The position numbers were made by a program, and so were the translations under genes. A stretch of DNA of 45,793 bases from Octopus sinensis (lineage: Eukaryota), in assembly GCF_006345805.1 (NCBI RefSeq), contig NW_021834694.1, positions 1 to 45,793 on the forward strand, in the 5' to 3' direction. A model generated the notes under the pieces. That model saw nothing but the letters and a program-made list of their open reading frames with translations. It was not told where the DNA came from and did not search any database. Positions 12,340 through 25,565 of this stretch are shown piece after piece (the first letter of the stretch is position 1; each line of letters opens with the position of its first letter).

Positions 12340-12387
12340 TGTAAACAACACGTGACTGATGTCGGTCGTCTCTGCGGGTCACGTGAC
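12340..12387. promoter_or_regulatory. Candidate enhancer: FOX site plus two CACGTGAC E-boxes
   Basis: TGTAAACAA (12340-12348), CACGTGAC (12349-12356) and the palindrome GTCACGTGAC (12378-12387), all in non-repeat-looking DNA. Confidence 0.3.
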
Positions 12388-12479
12388 TGCTTACTCATGT
12401 AATTTGCCACTGTAAGAATCCAAATAATCATAACTTGCATAATTTTGCCAACAACTCGTAAGTCTCCAGTTCATCTCTG

Positions 12480-12822
<343 letters not shown>

Positions 12823-13810
12823 CTCAAGCAACTCTGCCGTCCTGGGTCGACCTTGAGTGACTTCAACACAACCAAAGCATTCTATAGGGGTTTAGTGGAG
12901 GGGAGGTACGACGACGAGCTCGGGGCGAACCTGGACGTCGACGAGGAGTACCTGACCCGCCTGTTCAGGACGACTTTCGGGCCAGGGCCCATGGACAACT
13001 TCCAGAGATCCCTGGCCTGGCAGTGCTACCGAGAAGCGCTACACGTTCGGGATAAGCTCTACAGACACGGCTCGAGAAACACGGGGCCGACCTGCCCGAG
13101 ATGCGGTCAGAGCGACGAAACCGTTCTGCACGCACTCGTTCAGTGTCCAACAATTTCCGACCTGTGGGCTTATGTCAAACAACTGCTGTCACGTGTGGGA
13201 CGAGTCGGTTTATCAGCTGAGTCTATCGTCAATATTGTCACGCCTCCTTCCTTCAAACGGGAAGGAAGAGCTATTTTCATCATCCTTGTGGCTATGGCGA
13301 AAGAATGTATCTGGTGGACGCGTCTGAAAGGATTGGAGACAAACACTTTCCTCTCTGGTCAATCTCTCATCAACTTCTTCAAGTACCACTTGAAAAGGAA
13401 AGTGAGAGTAGAGAGGCAAGTTTTGTCTAGCGAATGTTTTAAAAAAAGATGGGTGAATGTAGCAAGAATGGCACGTATGAATGACGAAGCCACCTTGAGC
13501 ATAATCCTATGAACCCAGAAATTGAAAACAGAGATTTGGTCTTTTCCGTAGGCTTTTCTTTCCACGGGTAAACCTCACCTGTCCTCCCCTTTACACTTCA
13601 TATTGACATTTCTGTGATAACGATCCCTATTGATCAATTTCCCCCCCCCCTTTTTTAACCCCCCCTTTTTTGTCCTCTTTCTTTCCTTTTACGATCCCTT
13701 TTGATCGAAACTCCCCCCTTTCCTTTTTTTTTTTTTAAACCTTCAAAAGAAAAGCTCTACCTTGTAATTTGTTCTATCTGTGTGCAGCCCTGTGTGGCTA
13801 ATAAAGAAAC
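12823..13810 (+). mobile_element. 5'-truncated L1/Tx1-like non-LTR retrotransposon (ORF2 C-terminus with zf-RVT-like knuckle plus 3' UTR)
   Basis: Stop-free frame 12823-13512 containing WQCYREALHVRDKL...CPRCGQSDETVLHALVQCP..W. Pyrimidine-rich 3' UTR and AATAAA at 13800-13805, after which atctatctacct repeats resume. Confidence 0.85.
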
Positions 13811-14885
13811 ATATCTATCTACCTACCTACCTACCTACCGGCCTGTCTGTTTGTCTATCTACTTTTGGTATCTACATCTAAATCTCTTTCGCACGTTGTC
13901 TCTCACTCATCCGCTCACTCATTCACTCTCTTTCTCTTTATATGTGTGAGTGAATATGATTACCTATGTATGTGTGTGTTTCTGTATATACATACATGCA
14001 TAAATACATACATACATACATACATACATACACGCATATATACTTACGTGCATACATGCATACACACACACACGTTTATGCATGTATATAAAAAGGCCAT
14101 AGCTGTCATACTGGAGTGAGGGTTAGTGTGACATAGTAGCATGTAAGCATACTTTATATGCACACATAAATAATAATAATAATGATGATGATGATATATA
14201 TACGGGTATATACATGTGTATTTATGAATATGTGTGCATGTACAGATATATACATGTACAGTAATATACAGAGAGAGAGAGAGATGGGGGAAGAGAGAGG
14301 GGAAAAGATCTGCTTTCATATCTCTTCGCTTCCTTCTTCCTCTCTATCATCGCCTTCTTTTCTTTCTCTCTCTATGTATCAGTCTTCACCGCCAAACTCT
14401 CCTTGTCAGCTCTGCAATACATATACGATATTATAGACACGATGTACAATGCACTGTGTGAGATACGTCGAAGTTTGACAGAAATTGCACTAATTTTACT
14501 GTCGATAAGCATTTAATGTCACATAGCCAATCGTCCCGCCTTCTCGCCGTTGGTTAATGGTTGTTATGCGGAAAAAAAATGAAGTAGAAGACAGCAGGTA
14601 GATTATGAGAGGGAAGGGAACGATGTGGAAGTGGAAAAGGGGGGAGAGAGAGGAGGTGATAGATCGGAAGGAAAGAAAAGAAAATGGAGGATATGAAAAT
14701 GAAGCGTGAAGAGTTAAGGAAAAAAAAAATAAATAGAAGACCAAGAAAAAGAATAAAAGATGTTAGAACAAGAATGTAGAAGAGAGAAAAAGACAAAAGA
14801 AGACTAATCCGAAAGAAGACTAATCCGAAAGTTAAAAGACAGAAAGACGGACAAATATGGAAGAAAATTACAGGAGAGAGATTCA

Positions 14886-15270
14886 TCTCTCTCTATATAA
14901 ACGGCAGTTTGTCTGTGTGTGTCTCTGTGTGTCTGTTAGGTTGTACCCTCACCCTGACCACAGCTTTCAACCGATTCTGATGAAACTTGATACACACATA
15001 GCCCAATGTCATAATTCAAAACTAACGCAGCGAAAATTTTGAAAAGTTCCCCCAGTTCTGAAAAAAGTCGATAAATTCGACATGGGGTCGAGAATCAGGA
15101 ACACAAACCGCAAACTGTGTAGGGGACGCAACTCCACCTTTTTTAACTATCAAAAAAAAATTTACCATAATTTTTTTTCCATTTTTTGCTGTTTTTTGGC
15201 TATAACTCTCTAAAAATGCTTTATAATTATTTCCCTTACAAACCTGAGCAACGCCGGGCGATACTGCTAG
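14886..15270 (+). mobile_element. Non-autonomous Helitron
   Basis: Starts A|TCTCTCTCTATATAAA with a gtctgt microsatellite, and ends with the GC hairpin cctgagcaacgccggg followed by CTAG|T. No TSD. Confidence 0.8.
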
Positions 15271-15431
15271 TACAAAATAAGACAAAGACACTTGGATGAT
15301 GCAGTCTTAGATGCAATGAGTCTGTAAAATGAAAAGCAGCATCGTAGCTGACGATGCGGTGAAGGGTGCGGTCCCTTCTAGGACAGGATTTTATGGGTGC
15401 GGGATATTTAGGCCTGATGTTTAAGCCTTTG

Positions 15432-15647
15432 CGACGGAGTGCTGAAAAGTTCCTGGTTTGGGTAAAAGAAAATGCAGAAGGATCAGTTAAATATGAGTTT
15501 ATCAAACATATCCCCCTCTCAGATTCACGCATTTATTGCAACGGTCCTTCGGTTTTTCTAAACCCTGTAAAAGAACTCGGGATGTTAGGCCTCTAGCCAG
15601 GCCTTTCGCGATACTCTTAAAGCCAAGAACTTTTTAGTACTCCCTCG
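15432..15647. mobile_element. Mariner-type MITE, copy 1
   Basis: TIRs cgacggagtgctgaaaagttcctggttt / aagccaagaactttttagtactccctcg. Confidence 0.82.
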
Positions 15648-15703
15648 TGTACACACACACGCACACACACACGCGCGCGCCCGCACACACACAGACACAC
15701 ACA

Positions 15704-15747
<44 letters not shown>

Positions 15748-15750
<3 letters not shown>

Positions 15751-15952
15751 AGGGCTCCTGAAAAATTCCTGGCTTTGGGTAAAAGAAAGTATTGGAGGAT
15801 CAGTCAATTATGATTGTATTCAACATAAGCTCCTCTCAGACTGACACACTTATTGTAGTGGTTCTTTATATTTTCTAAGCCCGGCGAAGTTTGGGCCTCC
15901 AGCCTGGCCTTTCGCGATACCTTTAAAGCAAGGAACTTTTCAGCAATCCTCG
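15748..15952. mobile_element. Mariner-type MITE, copy 2
   Basis: TIRs cgaagggctcctgaaaaattcctggcttt / aaagcaaggaacttttcagcaatcctcg, then TA. Internal sequence is homologous to copy 1. Confidence 0.82.
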
Positions 15953-16205
15953 TATAAGATGTATCATCCAGGAGAGGAGAGATGCAAGCTCAAAGGCTGC
16001 CTAGGGCAGACCACTAGCAACAGTGCATGTTATGGATGAAAATCGTGTGATAACACTTGGAAATCTGTTGATCGTATATCTGCTCAATCATTTCTGACCT
16101 AGGGTTGAACATATCTTCAATAACAATCATAACAATGATAAAATTATTAGAACTTATGATGGCACTATGAAATACCAATAGAAAAATATGTTGTTAGATT
16201 CAGTC

Positions 16206-16490
16206 GGTGAAGGAGAGTGGCCAAGTGGCTAGGGCATTTCACACATGATCGTAAGATCGTAGTCTTGATTCACGAACTGAGCGGTGTATTGTGTTCTTGA
16301 GGAAAACATCTTATTAACGTTGCTCAAGTGCACTCAGCTGTAAACGAGTTCTGGTAATAGCTGGGAAGTTAACCCTGTGACGGACCGGCATCCTGTTCAG
16401 TGGTGGTTGTATGTTGTAATTTTAGTTACTCATGTGTCTTGCTAACCGGACTAAGCTCCGACCTTGCGAATCCTACGGCTCTTGAAGAAA
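16206..16490 (+). mobile_element. Diverged tRNA-derived SINE (head related to 45172-45485)
   Basis: gtggccaagtggctagggc head and ttgtgttcttgagg...cactcagctgtaaa core. Confidence 0.65.
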
Positions 16491-16670
16491 TATAAATACA
16501 AAACAAAACAAAACAAAACAAGCTAAATGATCGAATTGACTGCTATATCCTTTTGGCAATACTTTCAGACGGTGACTAGAAAACAGAAAACACGTGATTC
16601 ACATATGTACCAGCCACGGTATATGAGATTAACCTGATTGGAAGACAAGCAGATCAAGGAAAGTTGTCTA

Positions 16671-16745
<75 letters not shown>

Positions 16746-16778
16746 TTATTATTATTATATTATTATTATTATTATTAC

Positions 16779-16809
<31 letters not shown>

Positions 16810-16920
16810 TTATTATTATTATTATTTTATTATTATTATTATTATTATTATTTTATTATTATTATTATTATTATCATTATTTTTATTATTATTATTATTT
16901 TATTATTATTATTATTATTA

Positions 16921-16951
<31 letters not shown>

Positions 16952-17095
16952 TTATATTATTATTATTATTATTATTTTATTATTATTATTATTATTTTAT
17001 TATTATATTATTATTATTATTATTATTATCATTATTATTATTATTATTATTTTATTCTTATTATTATTATTATTATTTTATTATTATTATTTTTA

Positions 17096-17158
<63 letters not shown>

Positions 17159-17161
17159 TTA

Positions 17162-17209
<48 letters not shown>

Positions 17210-17212
17210 CAT
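16671..17212. repeat. Long interrupted (ATT)n microsatellite
   Basis: Directly visible. Confidence 0.97.
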
Positions 17213-17495
17213 CATCATCAAAAACAAGAAGATCGTTGTGCACTAATAGACATCTCGAACCCTTCAAACATCGTTCAGTGGAAAAACTATTAAAATCGAA
17301 GGAGCTTGAAGATGATATAAACAGGTTATGGGATATGTGAAAGCAGAAATAACTGCATTAATAAATGGGGAACTTAGTATGATAACAGAAAATATAAACA
17401 AAGACCTAGACGTCATAACAGGTTTCATAACGTCCAAAATATATCTCTTCAAGGTACAAGTAATGGGCTACGCATGACAATATCACTCCAGTAAA
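17213..17495 (+). mobile_element. Possible decayed RLE-retrotransposon endonuclease fragment
   Basis: IIIKNK..CALIDISNP..NI..KIE pattern resembles the PD-(D/E)xK region of R4/Dong elements. Confidence 0.45.
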
Positions 17496-17557
17496 ATACC
17501 TGATATATAACACACTCTCAATATACAACACATACTCTAAGTAATAACCCCCGATTA

Positions 17558-17760
17558 AAATAACACGACCTATATTCTACATAATAATGCTCCAATTAAA
17601 TAACACAATCTATATTCTACATAATAACTACGCAATAAAATAACACATCAATAACTCTACCCTGCCCTATCCATAAAATAAGTCAAACCGTACTTTACTA
17701 AATAACCGTCTAATAAAGTAACAACATGTGCTCTAAACAATAACCACCGAATAACGTAAC
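17558..17760. repeat. Degenerate ~40-bp minisatellite
   Basis: aaataacacgacctatattctacataataatgctccaatt / aaataacacaatctatattctacataataactacgcaata / aaataacacatcaataactctac... Confidence 0.65.
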
Positions 17761-18049
17761 GTCTAGAACTCATAGTCAACATTACAACACCAACATCTTA
17801 TACAACACATATTCTACAGAGCTTCTACTCATATCCATTAATGCTACATAAATCACCTAACAAATATGGAAACACAAAAACAACCAAATACCACAATGCA
17901 AACGATATATAAATTTTAATTTATAAAAGGAATAACGAAACATCATCAGAAGCAATAAATCAAATTTTGTAATAAAGCAAAATTGATTCAATTCAACAAA
18001 GATGAGTATGTAACCCCAAAAGACAACGTGGCCCTCACCCCAGACTTAC

Positions 18050-18092
18050 GGACGTGTAAGCGGACAGTGCAGCAAAACTCCACATAAAACGT
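18050..18092 (-). CDS. Candidate 43-nt exon of an unidentified host gene
   Basis: Minus strand reads tttttgtcattgtattttcAG|ACGTTTTATGTGGAGTTTTGCTGCACTGTCCGCTTACACGTCC|GTAAGT. Open in all three frames (e.g. RFMWSFAALSAYTS). Confidence 0.4.
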
Positions 18093-18552
18093 CTGAAAAT
18101 ACAATGACAAAAATGATAGTAAGAAGAGGAGGTGAAGATGGAGGAAGAAACGATGGCGGTGGAGCGGTAGAGAAACGGCAGCCTGTGTTGAGATGATTTC
18201 TGGTTATATATAAAAAGAAATTAATGTTAGGTTATGATTAATGTAGAAATATGGTACGATATCCTATATTCATGATTAAAAATGATATATCAGCGCTGGC
18301 TGGCTGGCTGGCAAAACTTTGTGTATATATCATTATATGTGCTTGTGTGGATGATGTAGATGGCTTATGTGTGTATATGTATGTATCGTTGAGTGTGTAT
18401 ATGCGTGCACATGTCAGTGTTGTGTATGTCTGTGTGTGTGTCGTGAGTGAGTTTGAGGTGAAGACTCGTCACCTGCTTTTTCACTTTAAGTAAAATAGAA
18501 AATATCAGATGTAGACATATTTTCTTTATCAATAAATTATGCATGCATCTTA

Positions 18553-18590
<38 letters not shown>

Positions 18591-18596
<6 letters not shown>

Positions 18597-18775
18597 ATCC
18601 AAACATGAACAAAGAGAAAACACAACAACGCGAGGACGTGGAACAAGTATAGGAGGATTTAACGTTTCGAGCTGAGCTCTTCGTCAGAAACATAGAAAAA
18701 GAAAGGTCCAAGGAAGGGACGACGAAAGAAAATCGCCAACGATACACATGCGGTCACATATTGAAACGACTGGAA
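18591..18775 (-). mobile_element. Short Penelope-like terminal unit with minimal hammerhead (18658-18690)
   Basis: The reverse complement reads ttt CTGACGA a gagc-tca-gctc GAAAC GT T aaa. Adjacent to (TA)n. Confidence 0.65.
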
Positions 18776-19769
18776 GAGAATGGGTGAAGAAAAAGTTCTT
18801 TCAAAGACAGGAGAGTGCAAGAGAAGGAGGTATGTGTGTGTATGTGTGGATATGTGCGTGCGCGCAGGTCTGTGTGTCTGTAATGATAGCACGTGTGTGT
18901 GTGTGTGTGTGTTTGTGGCTGTTTATCTATGTGTGTTGTTGGGTTTAGTATCGTTTAAGGTCATAGGAAGAATTTATAGTAGTTTTAGTAGGAGTGGCAC
19001 CTGTTGTGTATATGTATATATTAGACTGCAGCCATGCTGGAGCACCGCCTTAACGTGCTTTTGTCGAACAATTCGACCTCAGGCAGGACTTATTTTTAAC
19101 TTAAAGACGAGTCAATTTTTTCAAGTAAAATTCTTCAACTTGCTCTAGGATGATCGCAATTCCCTTACTGAGACGAAGTAGAAGAGGAAAATAGCCTTCT
19201 CTCAACACTTTTTCCTGTGGAATCAAGGAATATATTTACAGCTACATGAAATAAGCGAGTGAGATATCTGTTTCGCTTGAAGACAAAAGCAGTACAATGA
19301 TTCTGAGAGAATATGAACCATTGTATTCGGATAATCTATGGAATCATCCATTATCTGTTTGATGTCAATGTGTGAGATCGATAGTTATTATTTCAATAAT
19401 TTTTGGTTGCTATGGTGATATAAGGGCTTATTCTAACAGTGACAACGTATATGATTTGAGTGTGTTTGTGTGTGTTTGTGTGTGTGAATCTAATCATAGC
19501 TTTGATCTTTTGTCCCAGGAATGATGAATATTGTATATATATATATATACATATACATATGTATGTATGTATGTATGCGTATATATGTATATAATATATA
19601 TACATACATATATATATACATATATACGCATACATACATATTTATAGGTATATATATATACACACAAGTATGTTTATATATTTATATGAATGTATACGTA
19701 TATAATGTATATAGATATATATATATATACATATTATATAAATATATATAATATATATATATATATATA

Positions 19770-19815
<46 letters not shown>

Positions 19816-20335
19816 CATACCCCCACGCACACATAGAATGATTGTATAATGTTTATATTTGTAAATGTACATACGAGTATATGTTTATGATATACACACA
19901 AACATATACGCATATATGCATACATATATTTAATTGTGTATGTGTGTGTGTGTGTACGTATATATATGATAATGTATGTGTGTGTATATAATGTCCTAAA
20001 ACACGGATAGTGATTTGGTTAATTCACTCTGTTCTCATCCAATGTTATAAATCATATCTTGATAAACGTTATTCTGATCGGTTTCAATCATTGAACTATT
20101 TGTCTCATCTCGGTTTTGCTTTGACCGAACAAAAATTATCGATCTGTAGTTGTAATTGCTTTTCCTTTGTTTCGATTTTGAGACACGAAAACCTTTTAGG
20201 GTTGCACCACCACGTTGACCCTGCAGTGCACCAATCACCCAACCGAAAGGATGTCAGTTCTCGCCCGATCACAATCAATTGGGAGGTGGGTATCTTATAT
20301 TATCTACGCGACTAACAAGCTATATTCGTTCCCAC

Positions 20336-20566
20336 GGCGGCGAGCTGGCAGAAACGTTAGCATGCCGGGCGAAATGCGTGGCCGTATTTCGTCTGCCGTT
20401 ACGTTCTGAGTTCAAATTCCGCCGAGGTCGACTTTGGCTTTCATCCTTTCGGGGTCGATAAATTAAGTACCAGTTGCGCACTGGGGTCGATGTAATCGAC
20501 TTAATCCGTTTGTCTGTCCTTGTTTGTCCTCTCTGTGTTTAGCCCTTTGTGGGTAGTAAAGAAATA
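20336..20566 (+). mobile_element. Full-length Meta/MESC-like SINE (alternative tail) with TSD
   Basis: ggcggcgagctggcagaaacgttagc head. TSD TATATTCGTTC at 20321-20331 and 20567-20577. Confidence 0.92.
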
Positions 20567-20707
20567 TATATTCGTTCACACCAGAGACGATCAGCTGGTT
20601 GTATGTAGATACATGAAAGGCCTCTTGGTGTATTGTTTTAGATGTGGTTGATTGCGGTGAAGAAATTCATATCGTCTTTGCTTCCAGCCAGAATGAACAC
20701 ACACACA

Positions 20708-20746
<39 letters not shown>

Positions 20747-21077
20747 CACACACGCACAGCACACCACACACACACACACACACACAGACAAACGCACACA
20801 CACTCTGACGCGTGCAGTAATATACACAGTAGAGATTGAAAGAGACAGAGATAGAGGGATAGAAAGTTTGATAGAGAGAGAGAAAGTTTGATAGAGAGAG
20901 AGAAAGAGAGAAAGAGAGAGAGAGTGTAAGAGTGAGAGAGACCGAGAGAAAGTGAGAGATTACAATTTATTATTTACACACGATGGACACAAACAATGTT
21001 TACTCTTTTTATACAGGGAAATATACTTATATACATACAAAAAGAGAAAGTGAGATAGATAGATAGATAGATAGATA

Positions 21078-21128
<51 letters not shown>

Positions 21129-21846
21129 GAGAATGAATGGGATGCAAAAAGCGAGAGAAACATTAAAATGTTGGATTCAATTAAGTCAGCGTCGAGCGGC
21201 AAAACGGCTGTGCCAAGACGTCTCTTACACGCTTCAAGCATCTTAATCTGACAGTACAAAAGTTAGCAGCGGTGTGTGAAGTGGTGTGATCTACTTTCCA
21301 GGCATATCAGACTCGGTCAGACATAGAACTGCCCACGAAGCACTGCTTTATCTACCAGGGTTAAGAAAACCGTCGTTGAGGTCAGAGATAAATTAAAATT
21401 ATTATCTGAAAAAATCTCTCTATGTATGTTCTGATTTACGCAACAGGCCTTCAATCAGCAGGTTTAAATGTGGAAGGATTTTGGTATCAGATCAAAGGTA
21501 AGACTTTGATCACAAACACACAGACTCACACGCACACAAACTCTCTCTCACACACACACAGATACGACACACAAAGCACAGGGATACACACGCACATACA
21601 CACATACACACAAAGCACAGGGATACGTGCGCGCACACACACACGCACGCAAACATATGCATGTATATATGTCCTGATGTGTCTATATGTGTATTTATAT
21701 CAAAGCATATGGCCATGTCCATCTGGGTGAATATAGATAAATGGGCAAATCAGCAGGATTTCAACTCAGAATGCAGAAAAGTCGAGGAAAATACCACAAA
21801 GCATTCTTTCCGATGCGCTAACGACCCTGGTAATATTCTACTTATT

Positions 21847-22512
21847 TGCAAGACGGCGAGCTGGCAGAAACGTTAGCACGTCTACCGAAACACTAAGCGG
21901 TATTTCATCTGTCATTATGTTCTGAGTTCAAATTCCGCCGAGGTCGACTTTGCTTTTTATCATTTCGGGGTCAATAAACTAAGTACCAATGAAACACCAA
22001 GGTCGATGTAATCGACTAGTCCCTGCCCCCCAAAATTTCGGCCCTTGTGCCTAGAGTAGAGAAGAATAATAATATATTCTAAGGTGGAGAGCTGGCAGAA
22101 ACATTAGCACGCCGGGCAAAATGCTTAGCGGTATTTCGTCCGTCTTTACATTCTGAGTCCAAATTCCACCAAGGTCGACTTTGCCTTTCATCCTTTCGGG
22201 GTCGATAAATTAAGTACCAGTTACGCACTGGGATCGCTGTAATCGACTTAATCCCTTTGTCTGTCCTTGTTTGTCCCTTCTATGTTTAGCCTTTTCTTGG
22301 CAATAAAGAAATAAGAAACATTAGCACGCCGGGCGAAATGCTTAGCGTTACTTCGTCTGTCTTTACGTTCTGAGTTCAAATTTCGCCGAGGTTGACTTTG
22401 CCTTTTATCCTTTCAGAGTCGATAAATTAAGTACCAGTTGTGTACTGGAGTCGATCTAATCGACTGGCCCCGCCTCCCCAAAAAATTCGGGTCTTTGCCT
22501 AGAGTAGAAAAG
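21847..22512 (+). mobile_element. Head-to-tail SINE trimer (units ~21852-22067, 22082-22313, 22314-22512)
   Basis: Three Meta/MESC-like cores, bracketed by AATATTCTACTTATT at 21832-21846 and 22513-22527. Confidence 0.9.
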
Positions 22513-23405
22513 AATATTCTACTTATTGGTAGATGACAATTACAGCTCATCTTTGTTCAATACGAGAGGTTGTTTCAGCTTGAGATTAAGAGGACAAATG
22601 AAATAAGTTCACAAACACATACCAAAAGAAAGGTGAATAAGTTCACATAAACTCACACATATACACATAACAGCAAAATACCTTTTAGGTATTAATGCTC
22701 TTGACAATAACTGACGTATACAATGCATTTCAATGTTGATTATATATGCAGAAACACGTTCGTACACGTATATGATTATACCAACGCATTTTCTTACTGA
22801 TAGTAATATATATATATATATATAAATAATATTTGCTACCGATACAAAGGATATTGAATAACTAACTTATCTAGATAAATACTTTTACACACATCTATGT
22901 ACATGACTACGCGACTTCTTTCAAAATATTGGTGATTATAGTAATGGTGTTTATCATAAAACACATTCAAATATAAATACACAATATGAGAACAAATATA
23001 CGTTTTACTCACACGTAGGAGCAATTTCTTTCAGTGGTTTTATTAATAGTTATTATCATAAAACATATTTTCACAGTGAACGTATGTAGGAAAACCGAAA
23101 AATACTCTGATGCACGCACATTAGGTATAAAGTAAGATATTTTCTATAAGATATTCGTAGCTATAATAATAGTTATTATGACAACATACATTCATATATT
23201 GGCTACACATATCGAGAAATATATCTGTTCACACGGCTACACGATTTTCTTTCTGGTATTCGAAACTAAAATAATGGTAATTGCGCAAAATATATTCAAA
23301 TACTAACCACATATATGAAGGTAAATACTGTTACATAGGTAAGGCTATACGCTTTCTTTAAAATAATTGCGTCTATAATAATAAAAATAATGATAATAAT
23401 AATAA

Positions 23406-23460
<55 letters not shown>

Positions 23461-23551
23461 GGTAGTAACGCAAAATAAAGTCGAAAACCGACATATAATT
23501 ACATGAATATTTTTTGTTGTCATTCGGCCAAAATAATAATAAATGAAAAAA

Positions 23552-23660
23552 GGCGCAAGAATGGCTGTGGTGAAGATGCTCGATTTGAACCTGCATGCTT
23601 TCGGATTCGATCCTACAACGCGGCACATTGAGCAACTGTCTTCTACTATAGCCCCGGGCC
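23552..23660 (+). mobile_element. 5' part of a CORE-type (OR-like) SINE
   Basis: ggcgcaagaatggctgtggtgaag...ggattcgatcc...ttgagcaactgtcttctactatagccccgggcc. Confidence 0.75.
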
Positions 23661-23876
23661 GAGGTGGGGGGAGCTGAAAAGTTTCTTTGTTCTAGTTTAA
23701 AAAGAGTTGGAAGAAATGTTAATTATGATTATATTCAACATTTTCTCTCCGATTCACAAACTTATTGGAACGGTCCTTCAGTTTTTCTTAGCCCTGTAAA
23801 AGAACTCGGAATTTTGGGCCTTCAACCTAGCCTTTCGTGATAATCTGAAAGCTAAGAACACTTCAGGCTCCCACCT

Positions 23877-23877
<1 letters not shown>
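23660..23877. mobile_element. Mariner-type MITE, copy 3
   Basis: Homologous to 15432-15647 (aacggtccttc.gtttttct.a.ccctgtaaaagaactcgg). Confidence 0.78.
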
Positions 23878-23907
<30 letters not shown>

Positions 23908-23948
23908 ATATATATGCATTATTGTGTTTGTGTGTGTTGTGTGTGTGT

Positions 23949-23993
<45 letters not shown>

Positions 23994-24375
23994 GTAAGAT
24001 TAATCAAAGGACATATTAAGGTTGTCTACCTGCTGGAAATAACAGTTTTGACTGTTATTTCCACCAGTTAGACATACAAAGTATGTTCTTTGATTAATTT
24101 TAATCTTTCAACTACTTAATGCCGTTTGGGGGCCTGCAATCGTCTATATATTATTGATTCTGTTCTTATCATTTTTAATAACAGAGTCAATGATATCATC
24201 GCAAATTAATTTTTCGTGGATTATTTTTCTCGATGAATTATTTGCTCCGTATTCATATATATATATATATATATATATATAGGTAATTATGCGGATAAAT
24301 AAATTACATATATTAGATATATTAAATATAATAGTTTGAGTATGAAATACGGATAACAACATATAGGTATATCGC

Positions 24376-24677
24376 GACATAATTTCTTTTCCTCAACACG
24401 CCCCGCCCTGTTTAACATTGTCCCAAAACTGATTAAAGAGGAAAAGGATTCCATCACCTTTAAACGGAGTCTGGACAGATTTGTTCAAGGAATGCCAGAT
24501 AAGCCACCAATGCCTGGATGCAACTCACTCAACAAGAACTCACTACTTGAATGCACCATAAACAAAACTTGACTTGAAAAAGGATTTAGATAATCCTATC
24601 AGCTGATGCTATTAAGTTAGACATGGCCTGGACCAATTTTTGGTCGAAACATATAAAAGTTTTATCTAAGTTTTATG
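24376..24677 (+). mobile_element. 3' end of a CR1/L2-like LINE
   Basis: RHNFFSSTRPALFNIVPKLIKEEKDSITFKRSLDRFVQGMPDKPP...*. Terminal hairpin gacca-atttt-tggtc and a short aagttttat repeat tail. Confidence 0.75.
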
Positions 24678-25565
24678 TATACAAGCAAAACGAGAAAGCG
24701 CTGAAGGTGATAACTTTCAGATGAATTTTTATGTATAAATATAGAGATACTTATATTAGTAGGTCCAACCTACGCAGAATACAAACAACAGAGAAAATTC
24801 AAGCGATAGGAGAAAGGTATTATAATTAGGTTTCCCAGATAAGTGGCTTCCGCGAAAAGATCTATATCCTCAACACTAAGCTGAAAACAAAAATTGCACA
24901 TCTCTTTCCTAATGCTAATCCCCGAATCTATAGATCTTTCTGCCACTCAACATCAATGTATCAACTCTAAACAAAAAACCCTCCTACGCATCGACTCGGC
25001 AGCTCCATTGGCCACCTCGAACCTATAATAACCATAAGCCAACCTCTCTAGAACCACCTACTATGATCACTGGTTCTAAGGATTCTAAGAAGTGAGAGAT
25101 CCTATCGCTCGCACCACCTTTCTTCCTCGAATTTAAATCTCTACCCAAACGTTCCTTTAAAATCCTTCCCACCACAGTATAAATACTACCCTATCTTTAA
25201 TAACTCATCTTTTGAAATCTCCTACTCCATCACACCTAATTTGGGATCCATAATCGCCTTCTCTGTCAGATGCAAATTACAACGCCAGTCCTTGGAACCT
25301 GCTATGTGTCTCACTACACATCACCTTAACCCACCTAGTGGCGATAATACAACCCTCGGTAACTCGCGTCGACTAAATAATAACAGACTCAAAGCATCTT
25401 CCCACAATGCCACCCATGTGATCACATATACGATCAGTGATGCTCCCTCCCAAACCGAGATTGATACTGATAATACTTCCAGTTCTTTACTAATAATGGG
25501 CCATAGAAACTTGACCTCTTCAGCGGACTATTAATCTCCCAAAAAATCTATTCTATATTAATATA

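Noticed and set aside
14977-14990. CTGATGAAAC
   Set aside because: Internal Helitron sequence with no stem II between the boxes.
16638-17293. 200+ aa ORFs rich in I/L/Y
   Set aside because: Translations of the (ATT)n microsatellite; the same applies to the many YI/CV/HT/MYVC ORFs.
25495-25532. Minus-strand CTGAAGA plus hairpin
   Set aside because: No downstream GAAA/GUH.
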